Assembly: GCA_017623235.1 (NCBI GenBank)
Contig: JAGAPN010000033.1
Location: 13,725-77,724, forward strand
From: Clostridia bacterium
Lineage (GTDB): Bacteria > Bacillota > Clostridia > Oscillospirales > Acutalibacteraceae
DNA length: 64,000 nt
Reading direction: 5' to 3'
Shown here: positions 1-9,675 of the stretch, piece by piece
How the letters are laid out: each line of letters begins with the position of its first letter
Numbering within the stretch: the first letter of the stretch is position 1
The notes under the pieces: generated by a model
The model's input: only the letters and a program-made list of their open reading frames with translations
Told to the model about the DNA's origin: nothing
The model's database searches: none
Position numbers and translations under genes: made by a program

Positions 1-957
1 CGTTTTCATAGTCAATGGTGCCCAGGCGCTTGGCCATTTCAAGGTATCCGTCCTCGTGAGGAGCAATACCCTCGCGGTCGTGAATGTTAAGCATAGTACG
101 AAGACCGTGCTCGTGAAGCCAGGTGAGGAATTCCTTATGGTCGGGGAAGCATTCCTTATCCCAGGTGTAGCCCGACCAGCCCGTGCCGTATTTTTTGTCA
201 ATTTTGGTGATGTGCCAGTCCATATCCAGGCAGGCTACCGAGAAGGGGATACCCTTTTCCTCAAACTTTTCCATTAAAGCCTTGAATTCGGTATCGGTGT
301 AGCGGTAGTAGCGGCTCCACCAGTTGCCCAGAGCATAACGGGGCAGGAAGGGCAGCTTGCCCGACAGGGTAAGGAAATCCCTCAGACATTCAACGTGGTG
401 GGCGCGGTAGGCAAAGAGGTAGGTATCGACAACGCCCTCGGGGCGTTCTTCAACCCAGCCGTCCTCGCAGATAATCATAGATTTACTGTCGTCCCAATCG
501 GTGTAGTGGGCCGACATCAGTCCCTTTTCCAGAGGCACGGGACCACGGAAGTCGTCCAGCTGGTTTATGGTTCCCCAATAATTCTGAACAACGCCGCCAT
601 AGGGAATGGTGGTGTTCTCAAAACGCCAGGTGGTGGTATTGTCACCCCACTCGCCGTAAAAGCGGGCGGTAAGGCTGGAAGGGGAGAAGGGGTGCTGGGT
701 GTGATAGGTCAGCTCAAGATGGTCGGTGTAGATTTTCATCATATCACCCGTCATCTTAACGGTGAACTTAGGCACCTCAAAGTTACGGTTTATCGCAACC
801 TTAGTGGCCCTGTCCTCAAAAATTCCCTCCTCGCTGTACTCCATACGGATAAGTGAAGGGGTAAGGATTGTGAAACGATACTTTTCACCCTTAACAATGG
901 CTTCGGGCTTTGCCAGGGGAGAAATCTCGTAGCGGTATCTTTCGTTTATTCTGCCCA
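1..957 (-). CDS. Glycoside hydrolase family 31-like (alpha-xylosidase/alpha-glucosidase type). N-terminal ~319 aa only; the C-terminus lies beyond the window start.
   Basis: Absent from the supplied ORF track because it runs off the window edge. Manual reverse translation from the ATG at 955-957 (GGAGG RBS at ~967-971) gives MGRINERYRYEISPLAKPEAIVKGEKYRFTILTPSLIRMEY...LPFLPRYALGNWWSRYYRYTDTEFKALMEKFEEKGIPFSVACLDMDWH... This matches the N-terminal sandwich and barrel-start pattern of GH31. The + strand ORFs 56..277 and 395..856 are antisense artefacts. Confidence 0.75.
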
Positions 958-1154
958 TAAAATTGACCTCCTCATAATAAGTCAATTTTATTGTAACGGA
1001 AGCGGCGCAGGATAACAAGTTACAAAATAATCATTTTATATAAGTATTTAATTCTTAAAGGGCTTATAGAGAGCAATATTCTTATATTTTTGGACAGTAT
1101 TGTTACTCGACAGGGGGTGTGAAAAGAAATATAATAATTATATAATATTTATTA

Positions 1155-2012
1155 GTGAAAGGTGCAGGCATTTTGGAACTTTTGAACAAGAAATACAAAA
1201 CGATAGTTGCTGAAGGACCGCTGTGGGATGATCGCGAGCAGAAATTGCTTTACGTTGACATTCTCGGTTGCTGTATTTTTAAATATGACCTTACTACCGA
1301 TGAAATAGAGAAAATTGACGTGGGTCAGCAGATAGGCTGTATGGCCCTATGCGAAAACGGTGACCTGCTGCTTGCTATGCAGGACGGTATCTACCGTATG
1401 GATAAGCAGGGCAACAAAACCCTTGCCCACCAGCCTATACCCATTAAGGGCCGTCGCTTTAACGACGGAAAAATCGGCCCCGACGGCTGCTTCTACCTTG
1501 GCACCACCGATGCCGACGGCGAGGGCGCCTTCTACCGCCTGCGTGACGGCGAGCTTGTTGAGCTGTTTGATAAATGCAACTGCTCCAACGGCCTTGACTG
1601 GACGGTAGACGAAACCAAGATGTATTACTGCGATACACCTCTTCGTAAAATTGAGTTGTTCGATTTCAACAGTGAGAAAAACGAACTGACAAACCGCCGC
1701 ACCTTTATTGATATCCCGGCCGAGCTTGGAAATCCCGACGGCTTCTCAATGGATGCCGATGATAATATCTGGTTGGGCCTGTGGGACGGTTCGGCGGTGG
1801 TCAAGATTGACACTGCTGAAAAGAAAATAGTTGAAACCATTCCCGTACCTGCCAGAAAGGCCTCCTGCACCGCCTTCGCAGGTAAGGGGCTGGATATCCT
1901 GGTGGTTACCACCGCGTCTAAGGGTGATGAGGAAACCCACCCCGAGGCCGGCTACGTCTTCTCCCATAAAACAAATGTAACGGGCAAAGCACCCTACAGA
2001 TACAAATACTGA
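1155..2012 (+). CDS. SMP-30/gluconolactonase/LRE-family beta-propeller protein (sugar lactonase-like)
   Basis: EGPLWDDREQKLLYVDI, NDGKIGPDGCFYLGT, SNGLDWTVDETKMYYCDT and PDGFSMDADDNIWLGLWDG are typical SMP-30/regucalcin blade motifs. The start is ambiguous: GTG at 1155, or in-frame TTG at 1173 after AAAGGTG. Confidence 0.8.
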   Translation: MKGAGILELLNKKYKTIVAEGPLWDDREQKLLYVDILGCCIFKYDLTTDEIEKIDVGQQIGCMALCENGDLLLAMQDGIYRMDKQGNKTLAHQPIPIKGRRFNDGKIGPDGCFYLGTTDADGEGAFYRLRDGELVELFDKCNCSNGLDWTVDETKMYYCDTPLRKIELFDFNSEKNELTNRRTFIDIPAELGNPDGFSMDADDNIWLGLWDGSAVVKIDTAEKKIVETIPVPARKASCTAFAGKGLDILVVTTASKGDEETHPEAGYVFSHKTNVTGKAPYRYKY

Positions 2013-2023
2013 TAAAGGAGCAA

Positions 2024-3052
2024 ATGATTATGAAAACAGTTGTAGGTTTTGGTGATTTTATTCTTCGGCTTAACCCCGAAGGTTATCTTAAATTTATCCA
2101 GGCAGACAGATTTGTTGTGAACTACACAGGCGCCGAGGCAAACGTGTGTACCGCCCTGGCATATATGGGTATGGATACCCGTTTCGTTACCAAATTGCCC
2201 GAAAACGCTATTGCCGATTGTGCGGTGGCAAATCTCCGTAAATTCGGCGTAGGCACACAGAACATCGTAAGGGGCGGCGAGCGCATCGGCCTTTTCTATG
2301 CTGAAAAGGGTGCTTCACAGCGTCCCTCCAAAATTGTTTATGACCGTAAAAATTCTGCATTTGCTACCTGCTCTGCAGAGGACTTTGATTGGGATACCGT
2401 TTTTGACGGGGTATCCCACTTCCATTTCACAGGCATTACCCCCGCCCTGGGCGAAAACGTTGCCGCCGCTACCGAAGCGGCCTGTAAGGCGGCCAAGGCC
2501 CGTGGTATTACGGTAAGCTGTGATCTTAACTACCGTAAAAATCTCTGGACCAGGGACCAGGCAAAGGAAACTATGTCCAAGCTGCTTTATTACGTAGACG
2601 TTCTTATTGCTAACGAAGAGGATGCATCCGACGTGCTGGGCATCAACGCCAAGGATACCGATATTATCTCGGGCAAGCTCAGCCGTGAGGGATATATAGA
2701 CGTTGCCAAGCAGATTAGCGAAACCTTTAGTATTCCCTCGGTTGCAATTACCCTGAGAAAGAGCATCTCGGCCTCCGATAACGATTGGTCGGCCCTGCTT
2801 TATAAGGACGGCGTTCCCCACTTCTCAAAGGAATATCACATTCACCTGGTTGACCGTGTAGGCGGTGGCGATTCCTTCGGCGCAGGACTTATCTATGCAA
2901 TGTTGAACGGCCTGGACGACCAGCAGATTATTGAGTTTGCGGCGGCAGCCTCCTGCCTTAAGCAGACTATTGAGCTTGACGTTAACCTTTCTACCCCCGC
3001 CGACGTTTACGCCCTTATGGGTGGCGACGGCTCGGGCCGAGTTCAGAGATAA
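2024..3052 (+). CDS. kdgK: PfkB-family sugar kinase, 2-keto-3-deoxygluconate kinase-like
   Basis: N-terminal GDFILRLNP...YTGAEANVCTALAYMG and C-terminal DRVGGGDSFGAGLIYAML (PfkB ATP/anion-hole motif). AAAGGAG RBS upstream. Operon context with a UxuA-like gene. Confidence 0.7.
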   Translation: MIMKTVVGFGDFILRLNPEGYLKFIQADRFVVNYTGAEANVCTALAYMGMDTRFVTKLPENAIADCAVANLRKFGVGTQNIVRGGERIGLFYAEKGASQRPSKIVYDRKNSAFATCSAEDFDWDTVFDGVSHFHFTGITPALGENVAAATEAACKAAKARGITVSCDLNYRKNLWTRDQAKETMSKLLYYVDVLIANEEDASDVLGINAKDTDIISGKLSREGYIDVAKQISETFSIPSVAITLRKSISASDNDWSALLYKDGVPHFSKEYHIHLVDRVGGGDSFGAGLIYAMLNGLDDQQIIEFAAAASCLKQTIELDVNLSTPADVYALMGGDGSGRVQR

Positions 3053-3064
3053 AGGAGAAAAATT

Positions 3065-3847
3065 ATGGCAAACATTAAATGTGCATTAGTTACAGGCGCC
3101 GTTAGAAATTCGGGCCTGGGTATAGCAAGAAAGTTCCTGGCAGAGGGTGTTCCCACCTTTATCACCAGCCGTGTTGAAGAGGATGCCGTAAAGGTTGCCG
3201 AGGAGCTTACAAAGGAATTCGGCGTTCCCTGCTTCGGCCTCGGCTTTTCACCCAGAAACGCAAAGGCTGAAACCGACCCTATGTTTGAAAGAATTGAAAA
3301 GCTGGGCTACTACGTAGACTCCCTGGTTTGTAACGCCGCCGACCTGGGCCGCTGGATGGACCCCCTTACCGTTGAGGCCGATGCCTGGGAGGACGTTATT
3401 ATCACTAATATAATGGGCTATTTCCTTCCTGCCCGTGCCGCCGCCCGTCAGATGATTGCAAACGGCGACCCCAAAAGCGGCACCATCGTTTTCATCGGCT
3501 CTATAAATTATAAGGACGCCCTGCCCGAGCGCAGCGCATACATAGCCACCAAGGGCGCTATCCGTTCTATGACCAAGGGCCTCGCCCTTGACTTTGCCCC
3601 CTATGGTATTCGCATCAACTGCATAGCTCCCGGCCCCATCTGGACCACACGCTATGAGGAGTGGACACCCGAGCAGACGGTGGCCCGTACCGCCAAGGTG
3701 CCCCTTAACAGTATCACCACCAAGGAGCAGATGGGTAACGTGGCCTGGTTCCTTTCTACCGAGCCCTCCCAGAATATGACCGGTTCTGTACTGACCATAG
3801 ACGGCGGTATGGACTGTGTATCTCCCGATATGTTTAAGAATACCTAA
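3065..3847 (+). CDS. Short-chain dehydrogenase/reductase (SDR) family oxidoreductase
   Basis: TGAVRNSGLG cofactor motif, catalytic YIATK (YxxxK), PGPI segment. AAAGGAG RBS. Confidence 0.8.
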   Translation: MANIKCALVTGAVRNSGLGIARKFLAEGVPTFITSRVEEDAVKVAEELTKEFGVPCFGLGFSPRNAKAETDPMFERIEKLGYYVDSLVCNAADLGRWMDPLTVEADAWEDVIITNIMGYFLPARAAARQMIANGDPKSGTIVFIGSINYKDALPERSAYIATKGAIRSMTKGLALDFAPYGIRINCIAPGPIWTTRYEEWTPEQTVARTAKVPLNSITTKEQMGNVAWFLSTEPSQNMTGSVLTIDGGMDCVSPDMFKNT

Positions 3848-3858
3848 GGAGAATAGAA

Positions 3859-4860
3859 ATGAAGGTTATTTTAGGCGCAATTAAAGAATTTAACGACGAT
3901 GCCCTTATTATGGCCCGTCAGCTTGGCTCCGAGGGTTTCCATTTCAACACCCCTCCTATTGCCACAAGCGATGAAAATTATTGGACGGTTACCGCCCTTA
4001 AGTGGTTGCGTGAGTATACCGAAAAGTTTGAGCTTAAGCTTGAAATGATAGAAAACGTGCCCATCCGCTTTTACGATAAGATTTTGCTGGGTCTTCCCGG
4101 CAGGGATGAGCAGATTGAAAATTATATTAAAACCATCCACAATATGGGTGAGGTGGGTATCCCCATTTTAGGTCACCATTTCTGCCCCACCTGGGCCTGG
4201 CGTACCTCTATAACCCACCCTTATAGATTGGGTGCCACCGTTTCGGCCTATAATCACGCCCTTCACGATGATATTCCTAATGCCTATACCCAGAGTAAGG
4301 ACCATATGGTTCGCCAGAATCCCGACCTGGTACCTCCCACACAGGAGGATTTGTGGAACAATTTCACCTATTTTATAAAGGCCGTTCTACCCGAGGCCGA
4401 AAGGGCAGGGGTTAAGCTTATCACCCACCCCTCCGACCCGCCGATAGCCAAGGTAGCAGGGGTTTCCCGCATTTTTATCTGTCCCGACGATTACCGCAAG
4501 GCAGATAAAATTACAAACAGCGACGCCTGGGGCATCAATTTCTGTATGGGTACCTTCTCCCAGCTCGGCGGCGAGGAAACCGTTATGGAAATGATAGAGG
4601 AATTTGCACCCAAGGGTAAAATTCATATGGTACATTTCCGTGACGTACAGGGCACTGTTGAAAACTTCAGCGAATGCTTCGTAGGCGAAGGCCGTTACGA
4701 CCCCGCCCGAATTATGAAGGCCCTTATGGATAACGGTTATGACGGCATTATGCTGGACGACCACGTTCCCTTTATAACAGGTGATACCCGTTGGGGTCAC
4801 ACCGCCAGGGCGTATACATTTGGCTACCTCAGGGGTCTGGTTCGTGCCCTGGAAAAGTAA
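3859..4860 (+). CDS. uxuA: Mannonate dehydratase (UxuA)-family TIM-barrel dehydratase, short form
   Basis: The segment FIKAVLPEAERAGVKLITHPSDPPIAKVAGVSRIF...HMVHFRDV...DDHVP parallels the UxuA core (AVHPDDPP...LPRIV...HLR). AAGGAG RBS. Confidence 0.65.
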   Translation: MKVILGAIKEFNDDALIMARQLGSEGFHFNTPPIATSDENYWTVTALKWLREYTEKFELKLEMIENVPIRFYDKILLGLPGRDEQIENYIKTIHNMGEVGIPILGHHFCPTWAWRTSITHPYRLGATVSAYNHALHDDIPNAYTQSKDHMVRQNPDLVPPTQEDLWNNFTYFIKAVLPEAERAGVKLITHPSDPPIAKVAGVSRIFICPDDYRKADKITNSDAWGINFCMGTFSQLGGEETVMEMIEEFAPKGKIHMVHFRDVQGTVENFSECFVGEGRYDPARIMKALMDNGYDGIMLDDHVPFITGDTRWGHTARAYTFGYLRGLVRALEK

Positions 4861-4904
4861 AAACGCTAAATATTTAAAGAAAATACTAAAATATTCCAAT
4901 ATTT

Positions 4905-4933
4905 TTGACGAAACAGAACATTATTATTATATA
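4905..4933 (+). promoter_or_regulatory. Candidate sigma-A type promoter for the downstream ABC/glycan operon
   Basis: TTGACG (4905-4910), 17-nt spacer, TATATA (4928-4933), in the AT-rich 176-bp gap before the 5037 CDS. Sequence inspection only. Confidence 0.3.
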
Positions 4934-5036
4934 AATGGATGTTATTGTCAATTGATGAGTTTAGTAATTTTGTGTAAAATATAATGGTGACTTTTAAAAC
5001 ATTTGTCAAAATGCCATAAACACGGAGGATGAGATA

Positions 5037-7853
5037 ATGATACGAAAGCTAACGGCAGTAATAACCGCCTCGGTAATAATGCTGGCAAGCCTTGCCGTAT
5101 TACCGGTGGCCGCCGCACCCGATGAGGTGCAGCAGCCTTCGGCTACCACAGCAAAGGATAAGGGCGGAAATTATGAAGAATATTTAGCTGCTTTCGAAAA
5201 TATCGCCGAAAGGGCTTCTGGTTCGGCTACCGCAGAGGTTAATGCCGAAATAAAGGATACACCTGTTTCGGTTAATATAAGCGCTCCCTCCGCAGGCCTT
5301 TACAGGTTAGGCTTTACGTATATGGCAGTAGGTGAGGGCACGTCTGACCTGGTTTTCGGCCTTAAAGTAGACGGTGACTACCCCTATTCCGAGGCTACCG
5401 AGCTGGAGCTTCCCCGTATGTGGACCTTAAGCGATGAAAAGCGTGTGGACGGTATCGGTAATGAGTTTTCTCCCGAGGTGCTGGCCTACGACGACTACGC
5501 CACCAACTATCTCATTGATACTACGGGCTGGTCGGTAGATCCCTACCTTGTATACCTTACCGCAGGGGACCATTCCTTTGAAATAATTCCCGGTGACGGC
5601 AGCTTCTCTCTTAAAAGCCTTGCTATAGCTCCTGCTCCCGAGGTAGAGGAATACAAGGCTCCTGCCGACAGCGGCAAAAACTATAAGGGTAAACCCATCG
5701 TTATCGAGGGCGAGGACGCAAACCTTCTCAGTACATATTGGCTTATCTCCCGTTCGGATAATTCCAGCGCATCGGTACATCCCGCCAGCAACACCTCTAA
5801 CCGCATCAATTATATAGGCGGCTCTACCTGGAAATCGGCAGGAGAGGAAATTATCTGGAAGGTAGAGGTCCCCGAGGACGGCTACTACCAGGTAGGCTTT
5901 TACTATCAGCAGTCGGTGGTTATAAACGGTAATACCTACCGTATGCTCACCGTTGACGGTAAGACACCCTTTAAGGAGGCAGGAGAAATCTCCTTCGGCT
6001 ACACCACAGGCTGGGAGGATACGACCCTCTCCGACAGTGAGGGCAAGCCTTACCTTATCTGGCTGGAAAAGGGTACCCATCAGCTGGGTCTTACCGCCAC
6101 CCCCGGTCCCATAAGCGGGGTCAGCCTTCTCCTGAAGGACGTTGTTGCCAATCTGGGCGACCTTTATATGCAGATAACCAAAATTACAGGCGATACTCCC
6201 GATAACTACCGTGACTATGTGCTTTTTGAGTCCCTCCCCGAGATGGAGCAGGCCGTTACCAAGGGAATTGCCGACCTGCAGGAGGCCTCCCGTCAGCTTA
6301 AAGCCCTGGGCGGCGAGGAAAGCAGCTCCTACGACTCCACCATTAAGGCTATGGAGCAGGTGCTTACCAAAATGCTGGAAAATAAGTATACTGCCCACCG
6401 TTACGTCACCGACTATTATTCAAAGTATTGCTCTTTGGCATCGGTGCTTAACGAAATGAGGGAAATGCCCCTTAATATCGACCGTATAGTTCTGGCATCT
6501 CCCGATGAGATTATTGATTTTGAAGAGGCAGGCTTTTTCCGTCAGTTCCTTTTCTCCACAGTAAAATTCTTCACCTCCTTTGTAGGTGATTACAACAATA
6601 TTTCGGGCATCGAGGCAGGGGAAGAGCATCTTACCATCTGGGTAAACTGGGGTCGTGACCAGGCTCAGATTCTTAACTTCCTCATTCAGTCCTCCTTTAC
6701 CGAGGAAACGGGTGTTCCCGTTGACGTTAAGGTGGTTAACGCCACTATCGTTCAGGCGGTGCTTTCGGGCAATGAGCCCGACGTTATCCTTCAGCAGCCC
6801 CGAAGCGAGCCGGTTAACCTGGCCATACGCGGCGTCCTTCACGACCTTACAAAGTTTGATGACTGCGATAAGGTGCTTTCTCGATTCCAGGAAGGCGCAG
6901 AAAGCCCCTACAGATATAAGGACGGTCTTTACGCCTTACCCGATACACAGACCTTCTTCCTTATGTTCTACCGCACCGATATATTCGACAGCCTTGGTAT
7001 GACACCGCCCAAAACCTGGGATGAGTTCATATCCGCCGCAAAGCTGCTGGCAAGAAACAATATGGACGTGTGGCTTCCCTATACCCAGATTACCGCTGTA
7101 AACCAGGTAAATACAGGTATCGGCAGCCTTAACCTATTCTCCAGCCTGCTGCTGCAGAACAACCTGTCACTTTATACCGAGGACGGCAGGGCTACCACCC
7201 TTACCGATACCGAGGTTATAAAGACCTTTGAGCGCTGGACCGATTTTTATACCAAGCTCAAGGTACCCGTTACCATGAGCTTCTATAACCGTTTCCGTGT
7301 GGGCACCTGCCCCCTGGGAATCGAGCAGTATACCAACTATACCACCCTTAAGGCCGCCGCACCTGAAATTGACGGTCTTTGGGCGGTATCCGAGATGCCG
7401 GGCACCGCAGATGCCAACGGTAATATTAACCACAGCACCTCCGGCGGCGGTACGGGCTGCTGCATACTGAAGGCCAGCGAAAACAAGGATGCCGCTTGGG
7501 ATTTCCTTAAGTGGTGGACCCGTGACGACATCCAGCTTTCCTACACCAATAACCTTGAGTCGGTTTTAGGCTCTACAGGCCGTGTGGCCGTATCCAACGT
7601 TGAGGCCTTTGAGAAAATGTCCTGGGACAACGATATGAAGCAGGATATCGTTAAGGCCTGGATGAACGTTGAAGAAATACCCGAAGTACCGGGCAGCTAC
7701 TACGTTACCCGCTCGGTAGATTTAAGCTTCTGGAACGTTGTTAACCAGAACGAAAACCCCAAGGACGTTCTCCTTAAGTGGGGTGCCGAGGTTGATGACG
7801 AAATTGAAAGAAAATGGACACAGTATGAGAACAGGGGGGATATAAATGACTAA
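5037..7853 (+). CDS. Oversized (938 aa) extracellular ABC substrate-binding protein with an N-terminal carbohydrate-binding-module-like extension
   Basis: Signal peptide MIRKLTAVITASVIMLASLAVLPVAAAP. Two sandwich-like segments (e.g. KPIVIEGEDANLL...GYYQVGFYYQQS). The C-terminal ~420 aa look like a family-1 solute-binding protein (LTIWVNWGRDQAQILN...DVILQQP...YALPDTQTFFLMFYRTDIF). Two permease genes follow. Confidence 0.7.
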   Translation: MIRKLTAVITASVIMLASLAVLPVAAAPDEVQQPSATTAKDKGGNYEEYLAAFENIAERASGSATAEVNAEIKDTPVSVNISAPSAGLYRLGFTYMAVGEGTSDLVFGLKVDGDYPYSEATELELPRMWTLSDEKRVDGIGNEFSPEVLAYDDYATNYLIDTTGWSVDPYLVYLTAGDHSFEIIPGDGSFSLKSLAIAPAPEVEEYKAPADSGKNYKGKPIVIEGEDANLLSTYWLISRSDNSSASVHPASNTSNRINYIGGSTWKSAGEEIIWKVEVPEDGYYQVGFYYQQSVVINGNTYRMLTVDGKTPFKEAGEISFGYTTGWEDTTLSDSEGKPYLIWLEKGTHQLGLTATPGPISGVSLLLKDVVANLGDLYMQITKITGDTPDNYRDYVLFESLPEMEQAVTKGIADLQEASRQLKALGGEESSSYDSTIKAMEQVLTKMLENKYTAHRYVTDYYSKYCSLASVLNEMREMPLNIDRIVLASPDEIIDFEEAGFFRQFLFSTVKFFTSFVGDYNNISGIEAGEEHLTIWVNWGRDQAQILNFLIQSSFTEETGVPVDVKVVNATIVQAVLSGNEPDVILQQPRSEPVNLAIRGVLHDLTKFDDCDKVLSRFQEGAESPYRYKDGLYALPDTQTFFLMFYRTDIFDSLGMTPPKTWDEFISAAKLLARNNMDVWLPYTQITAVNQVNTGIGSLNLFSSLLLQNNLSLYTEDGRATTLTDTEVIKTFERWTDFYTKLKVPVTMSFYNRFRVGTCPLGIEQYTNYTTLKAAAPEIDGLWAVSEMPGTADANGNINHSTSGGGTGCCILKASENKDAAWDFLKWWTRDDIQLSYTNNLESVLGSTGRVAVSNVEAFEKMSWDNDMKQDIVKAWMNVEEIPEVPGSYYVTRSVDLSFWNVVNQNENPKDVLLKWGAEVDDEIERKWTQYENRGDIND

Positions 7854-8775
7854 GGCTGTAAAACCCGCAAGACCTAAAATCAGACGGGAGATGAGCGAAA
7901 ACACAGCCTACGGCATCATCCTTATCCCTTTCCTGGCGCTGTTTTTTCTCTTTACGGTGCTTCCCGTACTGTCCTCTGTGGTATTAAGCTTTTTTGACTA
8001 TGATATGGTATCTTCTCCCATATTTATAGGACTTGACAACTATTCCCGTCTTTTCACAGGTGATACCACCTTTATGACGGTATTTGCCAATACCCTGAAG
8101 TTTGCCGTTATCACAGGCCCCCTGGGCTTTTTGCTCTCCTTCGTGCTGGCCTGGATGATAAACGAGTTCCACCCCGTAGTGCGTACCATTCTTTCCTTCC
8201 TTTTCTACGCACCTGCTCTGGTGGGTAACGCCTACTTTATCTGGCAGATACTCTTTTCCGGCGACAGCTTCGGCTACGCCAACAATTTCCTTATCAGCTT
8301 CGGCCTTGCTACAGAGCCTATTCAGTGGTTTAAAAACCCCGAATACAATATGACTATCATTATGATAATCCAGCTTTGGATGGGTATGGGTGTTTCCTTC
8401 CTCTCCAACATAGCAGGTCTGCAGAATGTTAACGGCGAGCTTTACGAGGCAGGCGCCATCGACGGTATTAAATCCCGTTGGCACGAGCTGTGGTATATCA
8501 CCCTTCCCTCTATGAAGGATATACTTTTCTTCAGCGCCATTATGCAGATTCAGGCCGTTTTCTCCATCGGTACCGTTATAACCCAGCTGGCAGGCTACCC
8601 CAGTGTTAACAACTCGGTAGATACTATAGTATCATACATCAGCGACGTCGGTACCACCCGATATGAAATGGGCTACGCCTCCACCATATCGGTAATTCTT
8701 TTCTCAGTAATACTGCTTTTCCGTTACGTAGTAATTGCCTTGCTGAAGCTTATAGGCAAGTCGGATTCTAAATAG
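7846..8775 (+). CDS. Carbohydrate ABC transporter permease (MalF/CUT1 type)
   Basis: Six predicted TM segments. EAA-loop-like ELYEAGAIDGIKSRWHELWYITLPSMK. 8-nt overlap with the upstream SBP gene. Confidence 0.85.
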   Translation: MTKAVKPARPKIRREMSENTAYGIILIPFLALFFLFTVLPVLSSVVLSFFDYDMVSSPIFIGLDNYSRLFTGDTTFMTVFANTLKFAVITGPLGFLLSFVLAWMINEFHPVVRTILSFLFYAPALVGNAYFIWQILFSGDSFGYANNFLISFGLATEPIQWFKNPEYNMTIIMIIQLWMGMGVSFLSNIAGLQNVNGELYEAGAIDGIKSRWHELWYITLPSMKDILFFSAIMQIQAVFSIGTVITQLAGYPSVNNSVDTIVSYISDVGTTRYEMGYASTISVILFSVILLFRYVVIALLKLIGKSDSK

Positions 8776-8792
8776 ATTAAGGGGTGATATGT

Positions 8793-9659
8793 ATGTCTAA
8801 ATCGCGTTCTCAGTACCGTCGGTTTACCCGTTCCAAGGCAGGTAACGTTATGTACTTTACCATCCTTATTTTAGCGGGTGCTTTTTCGGTGCTGCCTCTT
8901 ATCTACTGCGTGGTGACCTCATTTAAGCCTCTTGATGAGCTGCTTATTTTCCCACCCCAGTTCTTTGTCCGCCGTCCTACCCTCAGCAACTACCTGATAC
9001 TGCCCTCTTTGCTGGGTAAGCTTCAGGTACCTATGTCCAGATACATATTCAACAGCCTTTTCGTGGCCCTGGTTTCCACCTTCTGCCACATCATAGCTGC
9101 CTCACTTGCCGCTTTTGCTTTCTCAAAGTCAAAGCTCAAGTTCAAAAAGCTGCTGTTCCTTCTGGTACAGGTAATGCTGCTTTACAATTCCTACACCCTG
9201 GCAGTTCCCCAGTATCTTATATTCGGTAAACTTAATATAATAGATACCTATTTAGTATATATACTGCCTGCCATTCCCTCGGCTATGGGTTGCTTCCTTA
9301 TGAAGCAGTTTATAGACGTGGGCGTTCCCGATGCCCTGCTTGAAGCCGCCCGCATTGACGGCGCCTCGATTTTCAGGGTATATTGGCAGATAATTATGCC
9401 TATGGTAAAGCCCGCCTGGATGACCCTTTTGCTCTTCTCTTTCAGAGATATGTGGTCTATAGTTCCCGCAGGTACCATCTTCAGCGAAGAGCTTAAAACC
9501 CTGCCCCAGGTAATGTCAACCGTTACGGCAGGCGGCCTGGCCAGAACGGGAAGCTCCATGGCCCTTACGGTTTTACTTATGATACCGCCTATAGTTGTTT
9601 ATATGTTTACACAGGGTAACGTTATTGAAACAATGAGCAGCTCGGGCATTAAAGAATAA
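8793..9659 (+). CDS. Carbohydrate ABC transporter permease (MalG/CUT1 type)
   Basis: EAA loop LLEAARIDGASIFRVYWQIIMPMVKP. I prefer the ATG at 8793 (AAGGGG RBS ~9 nt upstream) over the track's GTG at 8784. Confidence 0.85.
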   Translation: MSKSRSQYRRFTRSKAGNVMYFTILILAGAFSVLPLIYCVVTSFKPLDELLIFPPQFFVRRPTLSNYLILPSLLGKLQVPMSRYIFNSLFVALVSTFCHIIAASLAAFAFSKSKLKFKKLLFLLVQVMLLYNSYTLAVPQYLIFGKLNIIDTYLVYILPAIPSAMGCFLMKQFIDVGVPDALLEAARIDGASIFRVYWQIIMPMVKPAWMTLLLFSFRDMWSIVPAGTIFSEELKTLPQVMSTVTAGGLARTGSSMALTVLLMIPPIVVYMFTQGNVIETMSSSGIKE

Positions 9660-9675
9660 TTACGGGAGGATAGCT

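Noticed and set aside
991-1025. Inverted repeat TTGTAAC-N21-GTTACAA in the divergent promoter region between the GH31 gene and the sugar-acid operon. It is a possible operator.
   Set aside because: The arms are only 7 bp and the spacer is long. There is no regulator gene adjacent and no second copy in the window, so this is compatible with chance in AT-rich DNA.
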